Assembly: GCA_051532035.1 (NCBI GenBank)
Contig: JAOPTW010000045.1
Coordinates: forward strand, 15,813 to 79,812
Direction: 5' to 3'
Length of the DNA: 64,000 nt
Source of the DNA: Fibrobacterales bacterium
GTDB lineage: Bacteria > Fibrobacterota > Fibrobacteria > Fibrobacterales > JAOPTW01
The notes beneath the pieces are model-generated. The model saw nothing but the letters and a program-made list of their open reading frames with translations, was not told where the DNA came from and searched no databases. Made by a program: the position numbers and the translations under genes. Positions 28,332-38,982 of this stretch are shown piece by piece; the first letter of the stretch is position 1, and each line of letters opens with the position of its first letter.

Positions 28332-29129
28332 TTAGTGGTTAGTTGAAGACTGACTCAATGTTGTTCTAGTATTGCCGACAAAAGCATTTTCTAAATTATA
28401 TTGTTTTAAAATCGATAGGAGTTTACTTGTAAAAGTAGGTGACCCAAGTATTGTATTAAAAGCATTTACAAATTCGACACTTATGAGCTTCTTATTAAAA
28501 CCGACATAGTAGTATATGTCTTTATATGAACTATTGAAGTTCACATTGTGGAGTTGTAGCTCATGAGCAAGGTATTCACCGACACTTTTATTTGAGAAAA
28601 CAGCATCGACGCGTCCGCGATTAAGTTTTTTAAATCCCGAGACACTATCATACCTGAGATCTATTTTCATACTTGGAGCATTCTCTTTAATAATGAGAAG
28701 AGTTGAATGGGTATTAGAGGGGCCATAGACCCCTACGGTTTTACCATTAACACTCTGCATGGAGGTGATTTTAAAGTCTCTCTTTTTGTTTGTAAAAAAT
28801 CCATATTCAGTTTTTAAAAGAGGTTGTGTGAAGTGGAGCCATTTTTCCCGCTTCTTATTTTTACCAATCACAAAAAGAGCGTCAGCTACCTCGGTGTAAA
28901 CCTCTTCTTGAGCACGAGGCCAGGGGAGGCTCTTAATTTTACACGGTATAGCCATTTCTTTACAGACCATATATATAATGTCTGTAACGGGGCCAGCGAT
29001 GACGTTGTTATTAGAATAATGAAAAGGGGGGAACTCTTGAGTATTAAATACTATGGTATCATGTACAGTGGCTTGAGCACTGAGAGGGATGATACATAAA
29101 AGGAGATATTTGCTCAATGATACTAACAT
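28332..29129 (-). CDS. Periplasmic substrate-binding protein (family 3)
   Basis: EFPPF, PWPRAQ, L..GRVDA motifs; signal peptide. Confidence 0.85.
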   Translation of the reverse strand: MLVSLSKYLLLCIIPLSAQATVHDTIVFNTQEFPPFHYSNNNVIAGPVTDIIYMVCKEMAIPCKIKSLPWPRAQEEVYTEVADALFVIGKNKKREKWLHFTQPLLKTEYGFFTNKKRDFKITSMQSVNGKTVGVYGPSNTHSTLLIIKENAPSMKIDLRYDSVSGFKKLNRGRVDAVFSNKSVGEYLAHELQLHNVNFNSSYKDIYYYVGFNKKLISVEFVNAFNTILGSPTFTSKLLSILKQYNLENAFVGNTRTTLSQSSTNH

Positions 29130-29250
29130 GCTTGGCTGTAATTATTGTGTCCTTATATAACATACATTAAGGGGAGATGTTTGTATATATAGAAAAACTA
29201 TTCTTCACAATCTATCAGTAGCGTCACCGATAAATTGTGAAAAACATGTC

Positions 29251-29808
29251 CTAGAGTTGGCTCTGTGCTGAAAGAGTGTTAAAGGTGCTACAGGGGGTCG
29301 GGATTACTCGATTGGGAAGTACCGACCTTTTAACCCGATGCGTCTCTTTTATAGGAATAGTAAAACAGAATGTTTGTATGGTACCACTATCGAGTGGAAT
29401 GCCCAGTTTGAACATTTTTACTCGACCATTTGGCTGGAATTTTTCAAGATAGTCATACTTGTTTTTAAGGAGTGATGTACGTGCAGATGGGGAGAAATCA
29501 ATAGTTGTTGCAAGTGATGAGTCAAGGGTTACTGGCGCTGTTTTTGGGAGGCGTAACTCAACTTCTCCGTCGGTTTCTACGAGGTAGCTATTTTTTGGTT
29601 TGAGTAAAAATCGTTGATTTGGTAGGTTTTTATAGCTTTGAAATCGCATTTTTCGAACACCACAGAGTTCCCTAAATGAAGGCTCAAAATTGAGATCGAT
29701 TTCTTTGCACATCTCGATCTGTTGTTTAGATAGATGCTGCTTAGGCGCGCTACAGTGAAGAGTTAAGAGGGCCAATAGGGTAATGAAAATAAGTGAGAAC
29801 GTTTGCAT
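29251..29808 (-). CDS. Hypothetical lipoprotein
   Basis: Lipobox TLHC; 185 aa. Confidence 0.7.
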   Translation of the reverse strand: MQTFSLIFITLLALLTLHCSAPKQHLSKQQIEMCKEIDLNFEPSFRELCGVRKMRFQSYKNLPNQRFLLKPKNSYLVETDGEVELRLPKTAPVTLDSSLATTIDFSPSARTSLLKNKYDYLEKFQPNGRVKMFKLGIPLDSGTIQTFCFTIPIKETHRVKRSVLPNRVIPTPCSTFNTLSAQSQL

Positions 29809-29831
29809 AGAATTATTATTTGTTACATTTG

Positions 29832-30767
29832 ATGATAAATATATATAAACAGGTAGAAACTATCTCTTTCATTTTGGGTACATGGGCTTTTTCAGAAGTA
29901 GATTGGGGTGTTCAGTCTGGGCACGCTGGTGATACTTTAGAAGAAGTCCTCGAAAAAGGACTTGAATGTGGGATAGCCCAAATAGATACTGCTCCAATTT
30001 ATGGACTTAATCAAGTTGAGCAGGATATTGGGGCACTCCAGGTCTCTCAAAAATACCAGATAGGGTCTAAATTTGGTTTATCGTGGGAGACACCCTATTC
30101 TCACAACACTATTAAGATAGGGTTCACAGCTGATTCAATTATCTCTGAATGTGAAGAGAGTTTACGGCGGCTCAATCGTGAGCAGTTGTCGCATTATTTT
30201 CTGCATTATGCCCCTTTTGGCGGTTTGTTACCCAAGCATATTGAGGGTATCACAAGTGCTATAGGGCATCTTAAAGAGAGTGGGAAAATAGCAGCATTTG
30301 GATTGTCAAATTGCACTATTGAAGATGTTCAGAGTATGCAGTCCAATTGTACTGTAGATGCCATTCAGTTTGAATGTAGTGCCTACAAAAAGTGGGCTTT
30401 GACTAAATATGCGCCTCTTTTTTCAAACAGTGATATGGAGCAGTGGCTCTATTCACCCTTAGCTCGAGGACTTCTCAGTGGTAAATATTATACTAAAGAC
30501 CAGTTAGGGAGTGGCGATCACAGAATCAGACTTAAATGGTTCAAAGATCGAGAGCTCTCTTTGGTGCAACAGAAGTTGCACAGGATAGATGGGCTTTTAG
30601 AGAAATATGATTGCAGTTATAGTCAGCTCTTTATCGGTTGGTTACGTCAGAGGCTTCCTTCTGCAAAAGTTCTCGTTGGGGTACGTCATATAGAACAACT
30701 TCTCACTAATTGCTCTCCAGTCGTTTTGCAGGATGGCGACTTCCAAACAATTGATCAGCTTTTTTAA
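29832..30767 (+). CDS. Aldo/keto reductase
   Basis: LGTW, IDTAPIYG, SKFG, ESLRRL, GLSN, YSPLARGLLSGKY; start uncertain (track gives 29820). Confidence 0.9.
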   Translation: MINIYKQVETISFILGTWAFSEVDWGVQSGHAGDTLEEVLEKGLECGIAQIDTAPIYGLNQVEQDIGALQVSQKYQIGSKFGLSWETPYSHNTIKIGFTADSIISECEESLRRLNREQLSHYFLHYAPFGGLLPKHIEGITSAIGHLKESGKIAAFGLSNCTIEDVQSMQSNCTVDAIQFECSAYKKWALTKYAPLFSNSDMEQWLYSPLARGLLSGKYYTKDQLGSGDHRIRLKWFKDRELSLVQQKLHRIDGLLEKYDCSYSQLFIGWLRQRLPSAKVLVGVRHIEQLLTNCSPVVLQDGDFQTIDQLF

Positions 30768-31411
30768 AAGTGTGTTTCAGGATTGAGGCTTTGAAAAAAT
30801 TCAGGTCTGTGGAAGTCGGGCTTAGAGCACTCTATAGGGAAGAAACTTATCCAATGGGGGTGCGTAAGCTTGTCTCCGCACTTATAGACATTGCCATGTA
30901 ACGGGTACTCTTTAAGAGATCTATCGGGAGGGAGCCCGAAGAGTACTCCAGGGATTTGTAGTAAAAGTTCCCACTCACTCATAGGTTCGTTACTAACGCT
31001 CATGAGGTTGCCCTCAGGTGGAATGAGCGTCCCACTTCTTACTATGGTCTTCAGGAGAGATGATGCCTTGTAGAGTCGCTGAAAGCGATTTGGGCCTGTC
31101 TGAGAGAGTAGGGTGCCTGCTGCAGTAGACTCAAAGTTGTGGTATATGCTTGGGTCGGCAAGATCTTGTAAAAAAAGCTCAACACATGAGTCTTCATACA
31201 CTGGCTCATTATCGTTTACATACGTTATACGGGTCTCGTCTTCTCGGACGGTAAATAAAATTGAGAGTGTGTGGTCGATAATAGCTATTTGAAATTGGAC
31301 GAGTGTTGGAGCAATCCCCCCTTGGATACAAGAGAGTGTGTGAGGGGGTGTTTGGGTTATTGCTGAATAGTTTGGATCTAGAGTATCTAACGGTGTTTTA
31401 TGGTATATCAT
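30764..31411 (-). CDS. Carbohydrate-binding family 9-like protein
   Basis: VYEDSCVELF, YHNFE, GNVYKCGD, PDFHRPEFF motifs. Confidence 0.85.
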   Translation of the reverse strand: MIYHKTPLDTLDPNYSAITQTPPHTLSCIQGGIAPTLVQFQIAIIDHTLSILFTVREDETRITYVNDNEPVYEDSCVELFLQDLADPSIYHNFESTAAGTLLSQTGPNRFQRLYKASSLLKTIVRSGTLIPPEGNLMSVSNEPMSEWELLLQIPGVLFGLPPDRSLKEYPLHGNVYKCGDKLTHPHWISFFPIECSKPDFHRPEFFQSLNPETHF

Positions 31412-31564
31412 CTCATTTCAACTATTACAAATGGGTCACAGAGAATGATAGGTATTTTTGTTTGAGTTCTTTGGTGAATACTTTGGGTAGTGGTTAAAAA
31501 AAGTTTAAATACCTTGTATTGTGGGTAGAGAGACTGTATAATAATGCAAATTATAAAGGTCACC

Positions 31565-31945
31565 ATGGCTCAATATACGGTTAAAGCAGACACTTCAAAA
31601 AACATCCTCTATCTGAGTTTGGATGGATTCTTTGAGCAATCTGTAATTCAAGAAATTTCTGATGTGATTGTTAGGGAATTGTCTTTGTTGAAACCGGGCT
31701 ATGGCTTTATAAATGATGTTTCTCGATTTAAACCCACTACTGAGGAAGGGGTTGAAGAGATAAAACAACTGCAACTCCGTTTATATAATAATGGCCTAGG
31801 AAAAGTAGTTCGGGTTGTGGGTGAATCTCTTATGAGCAAACTACAGTTTGAACGAAAGTCTAAAGAAGTTGGGTATAATGCTGATCATGTGCAATCAATC
31901 TCAGAAGCAGAAGAGATTATAAAAGCATATATGCAGCAAGAGTAA
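31565..31945 (+). CDS. Hypothetical small alpha/beta protein (STAS/SEC14-like)
   Basis: KNILYLSLDGF...INDVSRFKP...VVRVV pattern; AAAGG RBS. Confidence 0.7.
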   Translation: MAQYTVKADTSKNILYLSLDGFFEQSVIQEISDVIVRELSLLKPGYGFINDVSRFKPTTEEGVEEIKQLQLRLYNNGLGKVVRVVGESLMSKLQFERKSKEVGYNADHVQSISEAEEIIKAYMQQE

Positions 31946-31989
31946 TAATTACTATCTATTACACAATCCCTTTTTTTGCTGAGTGCCTC

Positions 31990-33183
31990 ATGAAAAAAAT
32001 CGTCATCATTGGTGGTGGTATTAGTGGTTTAAGTTTTGCTCATTACTGTGCTGAAGCTGGTATGTATGTGACACTTCTTGAAAAAACTGAGCGAGTTGGT
32101 GGTGCGATAGAGACTAAAATGGAACAGGACTCTATCCTTGAGATGGGGGCGCATACTTGCTATAACTCATATGGTAATTTTATTCACATCGGTGAAAGTA
32201 TTGGGTTAATGCAGTCAATCTCTCAGCGATCAAAGCACCCCTATAAGGTGTGGAAGAGTGGAGCATTAAAATCTATCCTATCTCAGTTTAATATTATTGA
32301 ACTTCTGTTTTCCGTTAAGAACATTCTCACGGTAAAGCGCGATAATCGTACCGTCTCTGATTACTTTTCAAAACTCCTTGGTAAAAAAAATTATCAAAAC
32401 CTTTTTCACTACTTTATGCAGGCAGTCGTTTGTCAGAATGCAGATAATTTTCCTGCCCAATTGGTATTTCGTAAAAAACCACGAAATAAAAAGTACCCCA
32501 AAAGTTACTTCTTCAAAGGGGGCTTACAGCAAGTTGTTGACAAGGTGTCTCACCAAGAGAGTGTCGCCATAGAATGTGGTGTGACAACTTCAATGGTCAA
32601 GGCTACAGAGTCTGGAGTATGTATTACCACTGAAAATCGTGGTGAATTTCGGGCTGATTATGTTGTAGTAGCAACGCCACCAGAAGAGGCGGGGCGCTTT
32701 TTAACTGAGTGGACACCACAACTGGCAACAATCCTCTCTTCTATACCCACAGCTCTTGTTGAGTCTGTAGGGGTTTCATTGCCAAGAGAGTCTCTTGCTA
32801 TTCCCCTCGTTTCTGGAGTGGTAGGGCTCGGGGCGCCTTTTTACTCAATGGTAAGCTCTGACGCGATATCTGAATCCGATTCAAAGAGGCGATCTTTTGT
32901 CTTTCACTTTAAACCAAATTGTTTGACTGAGAGTGAAAAGAAAGGAGAAATAGCGCAGGTTCTTGGGGTTGAGCAGAAAGAGCTTGGGTCTTTGATAATA
33001 AAAGAGAATAGGTTGCCTACTTTTGCTTCCAATCATTTGGATACCGTCGATAAGCTCACTGAACTTATGCCAAGCAAGCTCTTTTTGATTGGTAACTATT
33101 TCATTGGTTCGTCAATTGAAGATAGTATCCAACGCTCTCGTGATGAGTTTAGACGATTAATAAAAAAGATACTCCCCACATAA
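31990..33183 (+). CDS. FAD-dependent oxidoreductase, HemY/protoporphyrinogen oxidase-like
   Basis: IIGGGISGL, EK..RVGG, EMGAH, GNY..G.SIED motifs. Confidence 0.8.
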   Translation: MKKIVIIGGGISGLSFAHYCAEAGMYVTLLEKTERVGGAIETKMEQDSILEMGAHTCYNSYGNFIHIGESIGLMQSISQRSKHPYKVWKSGALKSILSQFNIIELLFSVKNILTVKRDNRTVSDYFSKLLGKKNYQNLFHYFMQAVVCQNADNFPAQLVFRKKPRNKKYPKSYFFKGGLQQVVDKVSHQESVAIECGVTTSMVKATESGVCITTENRGEFRADYVVVATPPEEAGRFLTEWTPQLATILSSIPTALVESVGVSLPRESLAIPLVSGVVGLGAPFYSMVSSDAISESDSKRRSFVFHFKPNCLTESEKKGEIAQVLGVEQKELGSLIIKENRLPTFASNHLDTVDKLTELMPSKLFLIGNYFIGSSIEDSIQRSRDEFRRLIKKILPT

Positions 33184-33194
33184 TGGGGAGATAG

Positions 33195-34502
33195 TTATTG
33201 TTGGCCAGTATATTCTAAAATGGCCTGTTTCATTGTCGAGAATATATGCTTAAGGCGTTCTTCGTCTTCTTCCAAAATAGTGACCCGAAAGCCGAGTAAT
33301 TCTGAACAGAATGATGAAATAGGTACTACAACAATTCCTGTGGCTCCAAGAAGGTAGTATACAAAGCGTTTGTCGAGTTCAATATTAGGTTTGGTGACCC
33401 ACTTTTCAACGAGCTCTTTGATCGTATTGTTTTCAATAGGCAGCGTTTGAGTTGCGCTTAAGAGCCCTTTCTCAAATACGATTGTGTTATAAAAGGCACC
33501 TTTGGTCTCGTTGACTAACAGGCCGGGGATACCCTCAAGGTATCCGTTAATGATCTTTGACCTTTTCCCAATCTCTTTGTTTTTTTGTTGACGATAGGGA
33601 AGGTATCTCGGATCACTCATTATTTTAGGAATCGCCAATTGGGGAAGTGTTGTTGAGCAGACTTCGATCATTTTTGCATCATCGAGTACTCGACACATTT
33701 TGTTGAATTGACTATCATTTTCGCGATTATAAAACTCCAGCCAGCCACAGCGTGAGCCAGGCCATGGAAATTCTTTGGAAATACCTCTCAGAGACATTCC
33801 TGGGACATCTTCGATAATTTCAGCAAGACGAATTGCTTTTTCACCGTTGTAGTAGATGTTTGAATAGACCTCATCTGATAAGAGAAAGAGATTGTACTTT
33901 TGTGCAAGGCGCACAAATTTCTTGAGTATCTCGCGAGGGTAGACCATTCCGGTAGGGTTATCTGGGTTGATTATCAGAATTCCTACAATATTGGGATTGT
34001 ACTTAACCTGATTCTCTAAATTTTCAAAATCGGGATACCAACTGTTAGTAGGGTCAAGCTTATAGGTAAGTGGGTGGCTTTGAGATTTTGCAGCTTCAGC
34101 AGAAGAATGGGTGCTGTATGCTGGAGAAGGACCAATTACTCTCGATGAAGGAATAAGGTATTGGTAGATTTTAGCTATTGCATCACCGAGACCGTTAAAA
34201 AAGAGAATATCCTCAGCGGTGATTTGTGCGCCACCAAGAGAGTTGGTCAGTTCTGCTAAAAATTCACGGGTCTCTAAAACCCCTTTAGAATGACAATATC
34301 CATAGCTTTGATCATCTTGAACAAGTTCTGAGACAATTTCTTTCATCCAGGCGGGGAGAGTGGCGTTCTTTTGAATTGGATCGCCAATATTTTCCCAAAA
34401 TATCTCTTGACCGCAATCTCTCACTTGATATGCCTTTTTAACAATCTCTCTAATTTCGTACGAGAGCTCTTTTGTGCCTTCTTGCAGTAGTTTTTGTCTC
34501 AT
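33195..34502 (-). CDS. PLP-dependent aminotransferase class I/II
   Basis: NIGDP, INPDNPTG, SDEVY, SKEFPWPG.RCGW; start refined from 34601. Confidence 0.9.
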   Translation of the reverse strand: MRQKLLQEGTKELSYEIREIVKKAYQVRDCGQEIFWENIGDPIQKNATLPAWMKEIVSELVQDDQSYGYCHSKGVLETREFLAELTNSLGGAQITAEDILFFNGLGDAIAKIYQYLIPSSRVIGPSPAYSTHSSAEAAKSQSHPLTYKLDPTNSWYPDFENLENQVKYNPNIVGILIINPDNPTGMVYPREILKKFVRLAQKYNLFLLSDEVYSNIYYNGEKAIRLAEIIEDVPGMSLRGISKEFPWPGSRCGWLEFYNRENDSQFNKMCRVLDDAKMIEVCSTTLPQLAIPKIMSDPRYLPYRQQKNKEIGKRSKIINGYLEGIPGLLVNETKGAFYNTIVFEKGLLSATQTLPIENNTIKELVEKWVTKPNIELDKRFVYYLLGATGIVVVPISSFCSELLGFRVTILEEDEERLKHIFSTMKQAILEYTGQQ

Positions 34503-34713
34503 TAGTTCCTCTGTTTCGGCTAAAATTAAAAAAAACGCACAAGTATTAGGCGGAATTATCGCGCAATCCTTTAAATAGTCCTCTATGTGACAAAATAACA
34601 CTAAGTATGTGTAAATTAAAGTTTACACTATGGCTCGGGTGTATAAATGGTTTGCTTTAGTAGACAAATAATCTTAGCTTAAGTAGTAGTGAAACACGAG
34701 GGGCGTACGAAAT

Positions 34714-36225
34714 ATGAAATATTTGTTGTTACTAGTTATGGTGGTTGTACTTGGGTGCTCTGAGGAAAATACTTTAGTTATAGGTGATTCTATCGAGTCA
34801 TGCCAAGAGATGGTCGGAGAAGTATATGACGCATGTCGTGAAGGTGTACAGAAAGATAGTGTAGACAATAATGAAAAGAATAATGTGGGTCAAGAGAGCT
34901 CTGCTATAAAAAAAGATGAGGTTTCAGATGAGGTTTCCTCTTCTTTGCGAAGAGGGAATGTTGAAAGTAGCGGTGAGGAAATTGATGACCCTGAGTCTTA
35001 TGAGGCTCACCCTCCTGCAGGCAACGATGGCTCATCGTCAAGTGAACGAGACGATTTGGCGTGGGGTTCATCAAGTGATGATGCGACAGATAAGCCGCGA
35101 TACATTGACCCCGATATAGAAATTATACAAACAGGCACACCAAACTGGCTCTCTAGAAAGGGTACCTCTCTTTATGATTCGAAAGGGAATAAGGTTCGTT
35201 TAACTGGGGTGAATTGGTTTGGTTTTGAAACCTCATCCAAAGTGATGCATGGTTTGTGGGGGGCTGATTATAAGGTTATGTTGCAGCTTATGGTTGACCT
35301 AGGGTTTAATTCAATTAGAATACCGTGGGCTAACGTAATCATTGGTGATGATGAAGCGGTTCAAGTGAATTCATATGAAATGAATGCTGAATTAGTTGGT
35401 AAAAACCCCATTGAGGCACTGGTTGTCATTGCAAACGAGGCCCAGAGACTTGGGCTTAAAATTATATTGGATAACCATTCACGGGTCAATGATGCATACA
35501 TGACAGAAGACCTCTGGTATACGGAGTCATTTTCTGAACAGCAGTGGATAGATGATTGGAAATATATCGCAGATGTTTTTAAGGATAATGATGCGGTGAT
35601 AGCAATGGACCTCAATAATGAGCCTCATGACCGTGCAACATGGGGGAGTGGTGATCCTAAGCTTGATTGGGCAATGGCAGCAGAGAAATGTGGCAATGCG
35701 ATTTTGGAAGTCAATCCCAATGTGTTGATAATGGTTGAAGGTGTAGAAGGATGGGATGGGATGGATACTCCGGAGGGTGAGGGTTACTGGTGGGGTGGAA
35801 GTTTGGTCGGTGTAAAAGATCGTCCTATTGTGCTCACAAATCCTGAAAAATTAGTGTATTCACCTCATGAGTATGGGCCCACAGTTTTTGAGCAAGAGTG
35901 GTTTAAGACTGATGATTTTCCGAGTAATATGCCAGGAATTTGGGACACTCAGTTTGGTTTTATCGCAAAAGAAGGCGAAGGGCATTTGTTTATTGGTGAA
36001 CTTGGTATCAAGGGAAAGGGTGGTGACGATGAGATTTGGTTTGATGCTTTCTTAAAGTATATGGAGGAGTCAAAAGAATCGTATTCATGGACATTTTGGG
36101 CGTGGAACCCAAATTCGGGTGATACTGGTGGAATTCTTGAGTATGACTGGGAGACGGTGGTTCAGTGGAAAGTTGATTATCTCAAGCCGTATTTGGCACC
36201 TCTTATTGGTAATGGAAACGGTTAG
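34714..36225 (+). CDS. Glycoside hydrolase family 5 endoglucanase, lipoprotein
   Basis: Lipobox VLGC; GVNWFGFET, DLNNEPH (acid/base), YSPHEYGP, IGELG (nucleophile), WNPNSGDTGG. Confidence 0.95.
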   Translation: MKYLLLLVMVVVLGCSEENTLVIGDSIESCQEMVGEVYDACREGVQKDSVDNNEKNNVGQESSAIKKDEVSDEVSSSLRRGNVESSGEEIDDPESYEAHPPAGNDGSSSSERDDLAWGSSSDDATDKPRYIDPDIEIIQTGTPNWLSRKGTSLYDSKGNKVRLTGVNWFGFETSSKVMHGLWGADYKVMLQLMVDLGFNSIRIPWANVIIGDDEAVQVNSYEMNAELVGKNPIEALVVIANEAQRLGLKIILDNHSRVNDAYMTEDLWYTESFSEQQWIDDWKYIADVFKDNDAVIAMDLNNEPHDRATWGSGDPKLDWAMAAEKCGNAILEVNPNVLIMVEGVEGWDGMDTPEGEGYWWGGSLVGVKDRPIVLTNPEKLVYSPHEYGPTVFEQEWFKTDDFPSNMPGIWDTQFGFIAKEGEGHLFIGELGIKGKGGDDEIWFDAFLKYMEESKESYSWTFWAWNPNSGDTGGILEYDWETVVQWKVDYLKPYLAPLIGNGNG

Positions 36226-36709
36226 TGCGTATTACTGAGTGTGGCAATACCGATCCTGTTGATGTGGTGCACTTTCTGTTGGAATAACAGTAAGTCTGGG
36301 TTGTTTTACTCACTAAAATAAGGGTATAGTTCTACTTTTTTCAAGATATTATCAGTTGTTGGGACAGATTTAATCTGCCCCTTTTTTCTTGTACCATTGA
36401 TGGTGTTCTCCATTTATTCTTGGTTTGGTATGGGTTGTTAGTAGACACTAAATCATCATGTGATACATCTCAAAAGCCCATTAAATCAGGGCTTAATCTA
36501 GGTTGGTTGTAATGATGAGGTGTTGTTGGTATTGGTTGTTTCGTGGCTAATTATAGGTTATTGAGTCCATATGAAGTGTAAAGTGGTAATTTACATTGAA
36601 TTAAGAGTGGGGCTTACTGTGGGTCACTAAAAAGCCTCAAATTGAGATATATAGCGTGCACTGTAGACTATTTTATATTATATTACAGGGGGTTCAACGG
36701 TTGATCAGT

Positions 36710-37564
36710 ATGGCAGATATTTATAATTACCTCGACTATCGGAAGTATCTTAATGACCGATATGAAGAGCTAAAAGACGCTGAAGGTGTTTCTCACCGGA
36801 TTCTAGGAAAACGCGGTGGTTTTGACCCCGGTCTTTTCTCAAAAGTAGTAACAGGGCAGCGAGACATATCCATGAAAATGGTGGGTAAGTTTATTGATGC
36901 ATTCAGTATGAGTGAAAAGGAAGAGGACTACTTTGAGGTTCTCGTGCTATTCAATCAGGCAAATACTCACTCTGAGAAAAAGTACCACCTCGAAAGACTC
37001 CTCTCGTTTAGTAAATGTAAGGTGAAAAAACTGGTAGAGAATCAGTATGAGTACTATGATAAATGGTACTATTCCGCAGTGAGAGAGCTATTACATTACT
37101 ACCCATTTGATGGTGATTTTGAGGATCTTGCAGATACTCTTATCCCTAAAATTAAGGTACGAGAAGCTAAAAAAGCGATTGAACTCCTTATGAGTCTCGA
37201 TATGATCAATAAGAATGACGAAGGCCGCTATGTATTGACCGACTCTCTTGTCACGAGTGGCTATGAGACTCATTCAACAGCAATTAATAATTATGTGCTT
37301 TCAGGGATTTCCATGGCTCAAGATGCTCTTGATCTTTTTAAGCCCCATGAGCGGAATTTATCTTCTATTACTTTTAATTATACCGAAGAAGAGCTTCCTG
37401 AGCTCATTGAAAAATTTAGATCTTTCAGAAAAGACCTCATGCAGATGATTACGCGAACGTCCAAAGCAAATCGGGTATTTCAGTTTAACATGCAACTTTT
37501 TCCGCTCTCGATGCCTTATCCAAAACCGGTTCGTCCGGGACCCAAAAAGGGGGGTAAAAAATGA
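36710..37564 (+). CDS. TIGR02147 (DUF4423) family protein with N-terminal HTH-like region
   Basis: IYNYLDYRKYL, YF..LV.FNQA, YY.KWYYSAVREL, RNLSSITF, VFQFNMQLFPLS; start refined from 36656. Confidence 0.9.
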   Translation: MADIYNYLDYRKYLNDRYEELKDAEGVSHRILGKRGGFDPGLFSKVVTGQRDISMKMVGKFIDAFSMSEKEEDYFEVLVLFNQANTHSEKKYHLERLLSFSKCKVKKLVENQYEYYDKWYYSAVRELLHYYPFDGDFEDLADTLIPKIKVREAKKAIELLMSLDMINKNDEGRYVLTDSLVTSGYETHSTAINNYVLSGISMAQDALDLFKPHERNLSSITFNYTEEELPELIEKFRSFRKDLMQMITRTSKANRVFQFNMQLFPLSMPYPKPVRPGPKKGGKK

Positions 37565-38850
37565 GATATGTAAACCGTTTTTTACTGCTTGCACTCCTCA
37601 CTGTAATTGCTGCCTGTAGTCTGGGTGACCCAATTACCGCAAACAGTGGTGGAACCGCAACCGAAACTGAAGCGACTATCGTTGCAAAAATAGTAACTCC
37701 GCAAGGTGAGCCGGCAGTTGGTGCTCAAGTCATTATTCATAAGCAAGCAGCCCTCTCAGGAAGAGACACTGCAATTGCTCAGTTAACCACGGATACTCAA
37801 GGGTCATTTTCTGTTGTAGTTGATACAGGGGAGACATACCTTGTTGAGGCGAACTATAGTGAAGCAGGACTCAAAAAGGGAGTCGTTTTTTCCGTAGAAG
37901 TTGGCGGTAATGCATCGTATGATATGGGTAATGCAACACTTAAATCTCTGGGGTCGGTTGAAGGGGTGATACTTTCGCCTTATGATTCAGTTGTAGTCTC
38001 ATTGGTTGGAACACAATACACGGCATCGGTCAAAGAGGGAGGGGTGTTTACTATAGATTCAATTCCTCATGGACGCTATCTCGTGAAGGCATACCCGTAT
38101 GATGATCCTGAACACTCAATGAATACTACTGCAGAAGTGCCAGGTATTGTTCGACTTACTTTCCCTGAATATAAGCATACTACAATTATAGATACACCAA
38201 TTGTAGTTGATACGAATGAAGTTGATACACCGGTTGTGGTTGTGCCCGATGATACTATTGTTGTGCCTGTTGATACTGTTGTAGATGTTCCGCAAAAGAT
38301 ACTTTATATTGATAATTTCGATAAAAAGAGTCAAAAAAGTCTCTTTGGTCTTGATGATTCATCAGGATCGTGGGCTACCTATTCAAATACTTCATATATA
38401 CTGCCAGACGCTGGAGAAGCGCAGTTTGACATATATTTTGATTCATCAGAAATAAGAGGTGATTCAGGATATAGTTTCTCTATCTATCTGCCTGGTGAGG
38501 AACATAATGGTGTTGCCTTTAGTCTTCAGATGGGTAAAAATTCACAAGAGTTTGATCTGAGTGCAGTAAATACTATAAATTTTTGGGCTAAGGGTTCTGG
38601 TGTAATTACAGTAGAGTTCAAAAGTGAAGGTGGCTCAGGGATAATACCTGTCGCCTTGGATGTTCCTCTTGGGGCGGACTGGACATTACATTCTCTTGAT
38701 GTTACCCAGTTTTCTGGTTCACAAGGAACAACATGGGACGATATAAAGAGTGCAATAACGCATATTCATTTTATTTCCTATACGACGACGACTATTACTA
38801 TTGATGAAATACGTATTACGGGTGTCGATCTACTGGATTTAGAGAAGTAA
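37561..38850 (+). CDS. Lipoprotein with carboxypeptidase-regulatory-like domains and a C-terminal CBM11/CIA30-like domain
   Basis: Lipobox IAAC; GGTATET; TTDTQGSF; DT-rich linker; IDNFD...W..Y, DLS....I.FWAKGSG, WT, IDEIRI motifs. Confidence 0.8.
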   Translation: MRYVNRFLLLALLTVIAACSLGDPITANSGGTATETEATIVAKIVTPQGEPAVGAQVIIHKQAALSGRDTAIAQLTTDTQGSFSVVVDTGETYLVEANYSEAGLKKGVVFSVEVGGNASYDMGNATLKSLGSVEGVILSPYDSVVVSLVGTQYTASVKEGGVFTIDSIPHGRYLVKAYPYDDPEHSMNTTAEVPGIVRLTFPEYKHTTIIDTPIVVDTNEVDTPVVVVPDDTIVVPVDTVVDVPQKILYIDNFDKKSQKSLFGLDDSSGSWATYSNTSYILPDAGEAQFDIYFDSSEIRGDSGYSFSIYLPGEEHNGVAFSLQMGKNSQEFDLSAVNTINFWAKGSGVITVEFKSEGGSGIIPVALDVPLGADWTLHSLDVTQFSGSQGTTWDDIKSAITHIHFISYTTTTITIDEIRITGVDLLDLEK

Positions 38851-38858
38851 ATACTTTT

Positions 38859-38890
38859 AGGCTGCCTCAATATCTGAGGCAGCCTTTTTT
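38859..38890 (+). terminator. Intrinsic terminator
   Basis: AGGCTGCCTCA-ATATC-TGAGGCAGCCT followed by a T run. Confidence 0.85.
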
Positions 38891-38982
38891 ATACAACGAC
38901 TCAATCTGTTCTCTCTCTGTTTTAAGTGGTAGAATGACTACTTCACGGTCCACAAGAGACTATCATTTTCTAAATTTAGGCC

